A DNA stretch of 64,000 nt from Octopus sinensis (taxonomy: Eukaryota), in contig NC_043010.1 of NCBI RefSeq assembly GCF_006345805.1, forward strand, positions 1,302,001 through 1,366,000, given 5' to 3'. The position numbers were made by a program, and so were the translations under genes. The notes beneath the pieces were generated by a model, which did not search any database, was not told the origin of the DNA, and saw nothing but the letters and a program-made list of their open reading frames with translations. Below, one piece after another: positions 52,386 to 64,000 of the stretch. Position 1 is the stretch's first letter, and every line of letters starts with the position of its first letter.

Positions 52386-52469
52386 TATATACACACATAT
52401 ATATTACGATGATGTATAGAGACTTTAGAGAGGGAAACATTACAGATAGAGGTGTAACCATAAGTGGTA

Positions 52470-53626
52470 GCCGAAAAAGCTATATATATAAAATACAAAA
52501 TGGGACAAGAACGCAAAACATCCGGACAACTAGGTGATACAAAAAGGGACAACAAAACATCCAGATAGATGATACAAAGAAAACAAGGACGGGTCATTCG
52601 AAGCCTTTTATCCTCAGTCAAGAACCGGATCTTCCTCGGAATTTCAGTTGATTAATCTTGAGATTGCTCCAATCTGGTCAGCCCCAAAGAAAAACTAAGC
52701 TAAGAGCATTAGATTCCTTGGAAGAAAGCATCGAATGTATACGAAAACAAGGACGGAAAAACAGACGATGTTATACGAATATAAATATAAAAATACAATA
52801 AAAATAAAACAATAATAATAATGATAATAACAGGACATAACAACAGGCGTTTTTCGACTGGGGACGAATTGAATTCAGCTGGTGTGTGTGGAAATGAAGC
52901 CTTACGACAGAGGGAAGAATATTGATGTGGCAGTGACCAAGGTCAGACGCAAAAGAGCTAGCAGTCGGCCAATCGGTCACATGAGAAGAGAAGAGAGAGA
53001 AAAAGAGGAACAGAGGAATTAAAGAGGGGAGAAAAGAGAGAGAGAGAGAGCGAGAGAGAGAGAGTGTTTGTAGAAGTAGATAGACGGAAGAATCAAGGAG
53101 TGGCAAGTAAAAAAGAGAGCGAGGGATATAGTGAAGTGAAAAGTGAGTAAGAAAGGCAAAGAAATGTGTGAGAGAGGTGTGGGGGGGGGCAGAGTTGAAA
53201 AAGTCGTACAAAATTTAGTGAAATGTGTACTTACATATAAGAGAACAAAGTTACGTAGCCGCTATATATATATATTATATATATATATATATAAAATAAA
53301 ATACAAAATGGGACAAGAACGCAAACAAAATCCGGACAACTAGGTGATATAAAAAGGGACAACAAAACATCAGATAGGACGATACAAAAAAACAAGGACG
53401 GGTCATTCGAAGCCTTTTATCTTCAGTCAAGAACCGGATCATCTTCGCATTTCGGCTGATTGATCTTGAGATTGCACCAATCTGGCCACCCCAGGAAAAC
53501 TAAGCTAAGAGCATTAGATTCCTTGGAAGAAAGCATCGAAAACAAGGACGGAAAACAGACGATGTTACACGAATATGAATAAAAAAAATACAATAAAAAT
53601 AACAATAATAATAATAACAGGACATG
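52470..53626. repeat. Two direct copies of a ~370-bp unclassified repeat (52470-52837, 53257-53626)
   Basis: Shared GGACAAGAACGCAAA...GCATTAGATTCCTTGGAAGAAAGCATCG...ACAGGACAT. Confidence 0.85.
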
Positions 53627-54016
53627 TGCACACACACATACGCACACCCAAATCTGTGTATATAACTTTCTCAAATATACAGTCATTAACTGTAGCATAT
53701 GTAAGTCTTCATGTAATTATAGCAGAGAAATGGACCACCTCAACGCTCACACGCACAAACACAATATCAAAATTTCCTACTGGGATACGGCATACAGATA
53801 TAATTGCATGATTACAACGAAACATCACATATATTCATGCATTCAGAAATATTCGTATGCATAAATGCAGTTCTATCTGCCCGTCTCTGTATGCACGACG
53901 AATTCATTTATATATATATATGTATACATGTGTTTATTATATATATATCTGTGTGTGTGTGTGTGTGTGTGTATCATATATATATTTATATTATATATAT
54001 ATATATATAATATATA

Positions 54017-54049
<33 letters not shown>

Positions 54050-54145
54050 TAAATATGTATAAGTACACATGTTTATATTTTTATACATATGTCTGTAAGA
54101 AAATATGTATACTTTTTATAAAAACATAGCTACGCACATTCATGC

Positions 54146-54188
<43 letters not shown>

Positions 54189-54722
54189 CATACATATATA
54201 CATACACAGAAGCATATACATATAATATATATGTATACCTGAATATGTATATCGATGTATTTAAATATGCATACACATGCATACATGAATAAACATATAC
54301 GAATCTCTCTCTCTTTATATATATATACGCAAATGTATGTGTGCGTGTGTGTGTGTATATTTCTTTTGATTGGTTGTTTTGTTCCACACTTGTATGGCTG
54401 ATCAATTATTTCAACTTATTTTAGAAGTGACATTAAAATGGTAAAGGCTGTTGTGACAGAGAGCATAATATACTGTCAGGGTGTAAGAGAGAGAGAGAGA
54501 GAGAGAGGAAGACAGACAGATAAATAGATAGGTAGATAGAGAGATAGAGAGAGAGAGGGGGTGAGAATTGGGGTGTAGTGTCTGGTAGTGGTGCTGGTTG
54601 TGGTGTGAAGCCACGAAATAAATGAAAACTTGGAACTGTAACGGACAGAGTAAATTATTTCAAGAAATTTTTTTCTAGTGCGTTCCTAACATTAAATTAA
54701 AACGGTGCAGCCGCACGCACGC

Positions 54723-54771
<49 letters not shown>

Positions 54772-55440
54772 GCATATAGATTTACACATATTGCCATATA
54801 TTCTAGCACGCATACTCACACACATATAAGCACACTCTCACATACATACATACATACACACACACATACATACATACATACATACGCACATATACTCATA
54901 TACATACTTTCTTACATCACATGTGCACACATAGCCGTACAAAACTCTCTCTCTGTCTCTCTCTCTCTCACACACACACAGACACATACTCACATATACA
55001 CACAGCCTCACAGGTACACTCTCACACACGCACTCTCACACAATCTCACACATATATATCTCCTCCGCACGCACACATACAAACTGATATACACACACAC
55101 AACCATTCATACGCACACACGCGCGCACGTGCACTCCACGTCTCACAAAAACAAAAAGAAAAGTATTTAAAATTACCGAGAAATGCTAAAATTTAAATAA
55201 AAGGATAAATAATATATTTTCGAGAACCTTATGACGTTGCTGTCCAAATCTTTCATCTCTGTGCAGTTCTTTCAACATTTCGAAAGTTGTCTTCATTGGA
55301 ATTACAATTTTTTGTCTTCTTGAAGAAAAAAAAAAGAAAAAAAGAGAAAGTAGAAGCAACAGTAGAAGCAATTAGCAATTTTCTTTTTGTATGAATGTAT
55401 TATTTTATGCACAAGCATATATATATATATATATATATAA

Positions 55441-56045
55441 CGAGCTTGTTTATCAACCACATGTTTCCGGGTTCAGTCCCACAGGCGCCGAGCTGGCAGA
55501 AACGTTAGCACTCCGGGCGAAATGCTTAGCGGTATTTCGTCTGCCGTTACGTTCTAAGTTCAAATTCCGCCGAGGTCGACTTTGCCTTTCATCCTTTCGG
55601 GGTTGATAAATTAAGTACCAGTTACGCACTGGTGTCGATGTAATCGACTTAATCCGTTTGTCTGTCCTTGTTTGTCCCCTCTGTGTTTAGCCCCTTGTGG
55701 GTAGTAAAGAAATAGGTACGTTGGGTACGTGTGTCTTCTACTAGAGCCTCGGGCCGACCAAAGCCTTGTGAGTGGAGTTGGTAAACGGAAACTGAAGGAA
55801 GCCCATCGTGTATATATGCGTGTGTGAGTCTTTGTGTTTGTGATTGTCTCGCCACCATCTTATGATAATCGGTGTTAGTGTGTTTACGCTTCCTGTAACT
55901 TATCGTTTCGGCAAAAGGGAACGACAGAATAAATATCAGGCTTTTAAAAAACAGTACGGGTGTCGATTAATTCGAGAAGAAATTCTGCGAGGTAGTGCTC
56001 CAGCACGGCCGCACTCTTTTGACTGAAACAAGTAAAGATAAAAGA
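55441..56045 (+). mobile_element. SINE A copy with a nested CORE-like SINE (55483-55718)
   Basis: The family A head breaks after GTCCCAC and resumes after the complete family B copy. Confidence 0.78.
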
Positions 56046-56057
56046 TATATATATGTA

Positions 56058-56222
56058 TTCTTTTATTCTTTTACTTGTTTCCTTCATATGAGTGCGGCCA
56101 TACTGGAGCACCGCCTTTTTAGTCGAGCAAATCGATCCTAGGACTTATTCTTTCTAAGCCTAGTACTTATTTTATCAGTCTCCTTTGTCGAAACGCTTCG
56201 TTACGTGGACGTAAACGCACCA
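56058..56222 (-). mobile_element. SINE A 3' half
   Basis: Tail-to-tail with the preceding copy. Confidence 0.78.
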
Positions 56223-56424
56223 TGTATCCAGAGGTGAAATATTCAATTTCCAAAGAATTCCTTTCAACACATAGCTATGGTGCTCTCCCACTACTCTGCT
56301 CGTGATTAGGGATTCGCATATTGTCAGCCATTAAGGGACATGTTCAACTGGTTAAGGTTAAGCAACTGACAAACAAATCTCTAGTATTGAACATAATATT
56401 TGCTCAATACCATTATAGGATGAA

Positions 56425-56550
56425 AGACTTTGCCTTTCATCCTTTCGAGGTCGATAAATTAAGTACCAGTTGCGTACTGGGGTCGATCTAATCGACTGGC
56501 CCCCTTCCTCAAAATTTCGGGCCTTGTGCCTAGAGTAGAAAAGAATATAT
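56425..56550 (+). mobile_element. CORE-like SINE fragment
   Basis: GACTTTGCCTTTCATCCTTTCGAGGTCGATAAATTAAGTACCAG. Confidence 0.75.
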
Positions 56551-56910
56551 AAACAAATGAATTGTGTTGGAAAATAAATTAGGGCAGCTGTAATTGTTGT
56601 TGATTCTATAAAACATCGTGAAATTGTAGAAGAGTTTTGAGAAAGTCCTTCTTTTCTGTTGGATGGTAAATGATTCCGAAGAACAAAATGGAAACATATA
56701 AACAAACACACACACACACGTTGATACACCCAAACATGTGTGCTCACATGCCTCACACATGTGCACATATACATAATTGAATATGTCTACATGTAGTTAC
56801 ATACATACATACATGTGTATGTGTTTGTATGCGTGTGTATGTGTGTGAGTAGGTATACATATACACTCACACACACGTATATACTACAACACACACACAC
56901 ACACACACAC

Positions 56911-56952
<42 letters not shown>

Positions 56953-57344
56953 GACGTACACTTCTATATTCACTTATTCGCATAGGTGTGTATCTATGTC
57001 TATGTAAATGTATATCGTGTGCATGTATGTGTGTGTGCAAGTTAGTGTATGTGTACCGTCTTCTTTATTTCTCAGTAATTTGTTGTTCCCGAACTTTAAG
57101 AAACATTATCTCGACACACATTATTTTGGGCTTCCGTTATTTCTTTCATAACATAACATACAAACACAATTATCATGAAACATAGCCTGTCTGATATAAA
57201 AAGCAAAACAAAACAAAACAAAAAAACAAGAAAATCAAATAATCAATATATGTTTTACATTTAAACAATAACATCTCTGATTTCATGCAAATGAATATTA
57301 TATAAAGTGTAACGAATATATGGTGTGCTCAAAATTGTAAAAAA

Positions 57345-57625
57345 ACAAACAAAAGAAAACAATGGAACTCCGTCGGTGACGACAATGAGTGTTCCAGTTC
57401 GTCCGATCAACGGAACAGCCTGATCGTGAAGATAAAGTGCAAGTGGCTGAGCTTTCCACGAAAACGCGTATCTTTGACGTGGTTTGTTCTCAGCGGGAAA
57501 CAAGATATGACATGGCTGCCCTCTGAAATACAAGTACAACTAATTTTTGACTGCTGAGTAGATTGAAGCAACGTGGAATAAAGCGTCTTGCTCAAGGACT
57601 CAACGTGCCGCCGTGAATCGAATCC
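57345..57625 (-). mobile_element. SINE family C
   Basis: The minus strand has a GGATTCGATTC B-box-like motif and the CTTGAGCAAGAC domain shared with 24540. Confidence 0.65.
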
Positions 57626-57629
57626 AAGG

Positions 57630-60020
57630 TGCTCAAATATATGATGTACTCAAAGCAAAGCTGAACAGAACACTAGGTGCCGGTCTCTTCAATATCTCTG
57701 TCTAACCTGCGCTGTCTTATGCAAGTAAGGCGTAGGGCAATACGAAGATGAAAGAGGGCCAAGGAAAGAGGGCGTATCCCAAATGAGGTGATTCGAAAAG
57801 GGTGCAGTTCGGGAAGCTTGATGGAGAAGATGAGTAAGAAACAGAGTTATCTGATCCCAAAGAAACAACTTCGCTTCAGAGCAGGATCTGATCAGAGAAT
57901 GTCAACCACAACAACAGAGTACCCTGGCGCCATGAAGCAGAAGAAAAATTAAAAGAGATGGAGATACAGGAGGCCTTATCATAACGGAAGATATTCAAGC
58001 CGTGGTTGGTAAGATGAGAAATTGGAAGACAGCCGGCCAAGATCTAGTTAAGAGTTTTTGGTTCAAGATTTTGACCAATTTACACCGTAAACTACAGCAA
58101 TTCCTGCAAGGTTGTGTACACCAAGGAATTGTATCAGAATGAGTGTTTAAAGGAAGAACTGTGTTAATTCAGAAGAACCCGGCCGAGGGAGCCATGGGTA
58201 ATAACTATCGTCCGATTGCATGTTTACCTATGATGTGGAACTTTCTTAATGGAATAATAGAAAAGAAATAGTACGACCATCTTGAAGGAAATGAACTGTT
58301 GGCGAACGAACAGAAAGGCTGTAAGAAGGAAACAAGAAGAACAAAGGATCAATTGCTGTTTGACGAAGAAATTTCTTAAGAGTTGCCGAAGAAGGTTCTG
58401 GAGAAAGCCAGGGCAGCGAAAAGTTAGATTTATTTATTTTTAAAACATTATGAGAGCCTGGAAGGCTGCAGTCATTGCGGGTGGAAGAGAGGTTGGACAA
58501 GTCGACATCAAGTGAGGAATCTTTCAAGAAGACTCGGTGTCACGCTTACTCTATATTGTTTGTATGTTACTATTCTCCATGGTTCTAAGAAAACTGGGAG
58601 CTGGTTACAAACTGCAAAAATACAGGATACCAATCAATCATCTGATGCATATCGATAATTTGAAGCTTTACTGAACTAGATGTAGTCAACTGATTCCCCT
58701 TATTCAGTCCGTACGAATTATTCCTAGAGACATCCAAATGGCACTGTTAGTGAACTGGTCAGAGGGTGAAAAGTAGACAGCAATGGAGTACAACTTCCAG
58801 ATGATGAGCGGATAAGAGAAGTGAATGGAGAGGGTTGCAATTATCTTGGTGTTTTACAACTAGGCCAGATTCCGAGCACCACGATGGAGAAAATTTGTTC
58901 TGAATATACCAGAAGGGTTAAAAAGTTATATAGGCCTAAACTAAAAGTAGGGATCCTGATAAGAGGCATCAATGCGTAGGCTGTAGGTGCGACGCCTTAC
59001 TACGGAGGAACTGTAGAATGGATAGAGGAAAAACTTGTCTTCGTAGAGAAAAAAAACTACGAAAATAATAGCTATGCATGAGTGCCTTCGTACAAGATGT
59101 AACGTAGCAAGGAAGGGGGAAGAGGACTGGTTGGAAGGAAGGGAGAAGAGGACTGGTTGGATCTAATAGTGATGAAAGAATGTTGTAGGCTGAACTGAAT
59201 GAGAAGGTGATCAATCTCAATGGAGATACTCTCCAGGAGTAAAATATGAGGACTAACAGAGAAAAGATCTTCAGCTGGAAAGAGAAAGTCATATACGGAG
59301 TGTTTTCCCAACAAACAGCAGATGAAACTGATGAAGAATCCTGGAGATTGTTAAGTCATGCTTTTTTTTTTGAAGAGGGAAATGGAAGAATTGATTCTTG
59401 CTGCTCAAGAACAAACTTTACGAACTAACTTAATCAAGTGAAGCCTTGATAGAACTCAGAAAGTAGCGACGGTTGAAATACCTATTTCTTTACTACCCAC
59501 AAGGGGCTAAACACAGAGGAGACAAACAAGGACAGACAAACGGATCAAGTTGATTATATCGACCCAAGTGCGTAACTGGTACTTATTTAATCGACCCCGA
59601 AAGGATGAAAGGCAACGTCAACTTCGGCGGAATTTGAACTCAGAACGTAGCGGCAGACGAAATAACTCTAAGCATTTCGCCCGGCGTGCTAACGATTCTA
59701 GCAGGAGGACAGGTAAAGTGATTTGTAGTGAGAAATCTCCCCCCCCCAAAAAAAAATAATCTGTAGTAAGTGAGGAAAGGTGAGCATCGTAACAGTTAGA
59801 ACTATTAGTACGACGCTCACAAACTGGATTGAAAACATGGAGTAAATATGTAAATAAAGCATCAACAGAAAATAGCATTGCTCGGAACTGTACGAGTCCT
59901 CCGTAAAGTCCATGTAATCTGAATGAAGAATGTTACCTTAGTCCGCTGATAGTAAGGTCCGCCCCCACGCAAGAAAAGGTGCTATGTTAATAACAACAAC
60001 AATAACAATCAATAATGATA
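57630..60020 (+). mobile_element. Old R4/Dong LINE, heavily decayed, with a SINE B inserted at 59475-59702
   Basis: KMRNWKTAG.D, NYRPIACLPMMW, EQKGC, INHLMHIDNL, NYLGV, RKGGRGL, AQEQTLRTN, LGTVRVLRK, and a TAA/CAA-rich tail. Confidence 0.8.
59475..59702 (-). mobile_element. CORE-like SINE (family B)
   Basis: Reverse complement of 55483-55718. Confidence 0.85.
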
Positions 60021-60551
60021 AAAAAATTTAAAAATATAAGCAGGTATTTTACGCAACTTCCTCTCCGTCTAAATAAAATATTCAGATTTATTGTAAATTT
60101 TATAGAGATTTCTTCTTTTTACATATCACAAAGATCAGTGTTTTTCAAGTGCCATGCAACGTCTTTAAAACTTTGTCTGTTGATGTCCCTAGTCAAGACT
60201 TTGGTGCTGCTTGTATAAATTAAAGCAAAAGTAAAACATAATAATAACAATAATAATTATATAGGCTTTAATTAAAAATAATAAACACATTTATTAACAA
60301 TTGGTAAATTCTAGAATATTGAATAGAGTAATGAGAATATTTTGGAAGTTTAATCACAAACAGGAACAAACTGTTTTTACAAATGTCAACTGTAACAAAT
60401 ATGACAATATATATACATGCTCACGTGCGATCCCTCGCGCATATACACACAGGCACACCCACACTTACATTGCCACAGTCATACATTTACACACACACAC
60501 ACACGTGTTGCGTATTTATATTTGAATATATATATATACATACATACATAC

Positions 60552-60584
<33 letters not shown>

Positions 60585-60844
60585 GATAGATAGATAGATA
60601 CATACACACTTATATATATATACGTATTCATATACATATATATTTATACAAATACATATATATATATTTATATATATACATATACATATATATACATACT
60701 CACACACAAACACACACACACATATCCAAATTTGCTTTATGTCAAGTTATAAAACCAATGTGACAGTAAACTGAAGAATTATTTAATATTTTGTAGTAGA
60801 GTATATGTTTATTAAAGTTTTACAAAAAAGGTTAACAATGTAGT

Positions 60845-60888
60845 ACAGTCTGATGACGACCACCAGTCCGAAACGTGGGAGTCATTGT
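60845..60888 (+). ncRNA. Candidate solitary type I hammerhead
   Basis: ACAGT-CTGATGA-C-GAC-CACCA-GTC-C-GAAA-C-GTGGGA-G-TC-ATTGT. Confidence 0.45.
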
Positions 60889-62764
60889 CAACCATCCTCT
60901 TGTAAAAAAAATTAAATATTTATATATGCACATTTTTATTAATACACATATATTGAAAGAATATACATGCCACGCATGCATCCACATATAGACATATGAA
61001 TCTGCAAAAATATTGGCACCCCAAAAGATTTCTACACTAGCCTTGGTTGGGTGACTCTACGATTATATACATTTGCGAAAGTTCCTGGAATTGGTACTCT
61101 AGCAACTTGATACTCCCCACGACACTAAATACTCAAGCATGAAATGAAAATGTTACCAGGTTTTCTGCAAAGCTGATTGAGTACAAGAATATTAAGACAA
61201 TTCTGTTGTATGACGAATGCCATACATGTGACACAGTGTGTCCGAATTGCTACCACATGCTACGTATATTTTGTGCTGCATACACTTTATTCGCATATGT
61301 GTGAGTATGAGTGTGTGTGTATGTGTGTGTGTGTATGTGTGCGTGTATGTGTGTGTGTGTGTACTTAAAATTCGTGACGACTGGAACATTCAGTTTCGCC
61401 CATAGCTTATCAGCTTATTCAAACATTTATATGTATGTATGCATATATGTATATATTTATGTATGTATTTACGTGTGTGTGTGTATGCATATAAACATAT
61501 GTATAAATAAATGTATATATATACATACACGTATGTATATAAACACATTTATATATGTATATATATACATGCATGCATAACACACACATATATATATATT
61601 ACATATATTCACTATAAGGTCCAGTGCTTGGTTGAATTGTGGTGGATAGTATGCTTCATTGACTTCGAGAGCTTGAGAGCTTTCCCATTGGAGTGCAAGC
61701 TCCTGGTAGGAACCATCCCCCATGCATGACAGGTCCAAAGATACAGGCCAAACTAAAATGGAGCACCGCATCCCCCGGATAAAAATGTTTTTGCGTAGGG
61801 CCAATACCCTTACCTAGTGGAAAAAAATATCAAAGTTACAGAAGCATCGACAACAATTCACCACCAACGAGATCTGGGAAAGGAGAGCCTTCCCTTAGGG
61901 ATGCACAAAAGACAGCCCCGAGTCGAGAGAATTCGCCGATAGCCTATGCGCCATAAGTCCATGAGGAGCGAAGGGCTACATATATGTATATATTTGTGTA
62001 CATGCAGAAACCATATATATTTATTTACATGTATCATACATTCACACACATTCACACATTCACAAATACACGTGCATACTCACATATTTGGCCAGCAGAC
62101 CATGTAGGACTGCATTATAGCAATAACATTGTACATAAAACCAAATCCTGTTCATAATTTTTTTTTCTCGGCATGTAAGAAAAATCCAGCAATCATTGTA
62201 ATTATGTAAATCAATTTGTAAATATCGACTGACAACATGAGACCCTCGGGGTTAACAGTTCAGTTTAAGCAATTAATTAGTAATTGATAATTATTTTCAG
62301 AGAATTTTTGATAAGTTGGTCACTTGTTAACAGATTAATATTTAGTTAGACTTTTTCCAGTGCGTTTACTCATCCGAATCCGAATTCAAATAGTTGTTTG
62401 CAAAGGTATAATTGTTATTATTCAACATCAAGTGTTATCTCTACAATGAGCTGCTCACTGATAAGATGGTTGCAAATATGAGGAAACTCGGAGTAGTTTA
62501 TGTATGCAAATAACAGACACTGAATAAGTGTATTCTATAACTGTGGCATTGAGTCTTGTTTTACTTTCTGAAAGTTGTGACTAGCCAGATGAGATACGCG
62601 CGTGCGCACAGGCACACGCACGCACTCACACTAGTGTGTATGTGTGTGTATACATATATATATATGTATATATATATGTATATGTATATATATATATATG
62701 TATTTTTTTGCTTCAGTTCAGAGCTGCGGCCATACTGATGCACCGCCGTTTGTATGTATGTATG

Positions 62765-62831
<67 letters not shown>

Positions 62832-63783
62832 TATATGTATGTATATATACATATATATATATATGTATATGTAAATACATATAATTATGTACACACACGT
62901 ATATAAATGTACTATACAGACATATAACTATAGATATACAGTGTATGATATATGCGCAGTACTCTGTGTGTGTGTGTGCGTATATATATATCCATCAGCT
63001 ATACATACACATACATACATACATACACATACATACATACATACATACATACATACATACATACATACATACATACATACATGGATACATACATACATAC
63101 ATACATACATACATACATACATACATACATACATACATACGTGGTCAAAATATTTCCACGCTGCCACTTGGTTGAGCGTCTCAACGAATATATATATTTT
63201 TTTCAAAAGTGCTAGAAATTAGCATCCCAGCACATTGAGACTACTTCACAGAACCAAATACTACTCCACAGAACCAAATACTTAAGTATAAAATGAAAAT
63301 AGTAACTAAAGTTCTTCAAAGCTGATTGAGTACAAGCAAATGGAATGTACTTTCTTGCAACAAGGAATTCATTTAAAAGCCTATTATATCAACATATTCT
63401 TTATTACTCCCGATGCCTACCTGGCAAGCTAGAACTACGGGTTAGTCAACCAGCATCACACATTATATCTGATGAAGCCCTCCTATTCAGAGATTGTTCA
63501 AAATTGCGCAATATTTTTTTGACTGGGAAATAAAAATATTCCTCTACAATTGAATAGAAAGAAAGATCTAATCTCGCTTTGTAGGCACAAGGTGAAATAT
63601 TTGCTTTCTCTTTTCAGGGAGACAAACAAGCATCGCTAATGTCGAACGTCTTGTCTTCTCATTAAAATGAATCAAAATGACAGTCCCTGGAAGATTACTG
63701 TGCCTAAATCTCAATACGCTGACGCGAATCCATTATCCAGAAGTAACTATAGGACGTGTGCAACCCATACATACATACATACA

Positions 63784-63841
<58 letters not shown>

Positions 63842-63872
63842 ATATATATAATATGTATATATATATATATAT

Positions 63873-63946
<74 letters not shown>

Positions 63947-64000
63947 TATTATATATATATACAGGCACAAGCATCCCGCTCACTCACGTGCTTCCCAATG

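Noticed and set aside
61620-61980. GC-richer block possibly from an RTE-like element
   Set aside because: I could not assign any protein motif or second copy, so it is left unannotated.
62450-62505. CTGATAA...GAAA-CTC-G-GAG-TA hammerhead-like string
   Set aside because: G8 is mutated, and there is no stem I or stem II pairing.
63460-63525. CTGATGA...AAAA-TTGCGCAA-TA
   Set aside because: Stem III is palindromic, but GAAA, stem I and stem II all fail.

Overview
This is AT-rich, microsatellite-dense animal genomic DNA, essentially all intronic or intergenic. It is most likely a coleoid cephalopod such as Octopus; this is inferred from the repeat content, and no database search was run. I found no complete cellular gene, rRNA, genuine tRNA gene or CRISPR array. 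Most ORF-track entries are translations of (TA)n, (TG)n, (TATG)n, (GAA)n or triplet microsatellites. The window is a mosaic of nested transposons: mariner (DD34D), maT (DD37D), Tc1 and hAT/Buster remnants, MITEs, Helentron-like HINEs, R4/Dong, RTE and L1/Tx1 LINE pieces, several tRNA-derived SINE families and Penelope-like elements (PLEs). The main signal, which no ORF explains, is a set of type I hammerhead ribozyme (HHR) motifs from several unrelated repeat families. The clearest case is a 2.6-kb head-to-head array (352-2957) of near-identical, non-coding ~455-nt units, each complete unit carrying an HHR (a retrozyme-like array). A second family joins a Penelope GIY-YIG tail to a tRNA-like Pol III promoter and an HHR. 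A few low-confidence exons of a possible minus-strand host gene are also noted. All folds were derived by eye, and element boundaries are approximate unless TIRs or TSDs are given.
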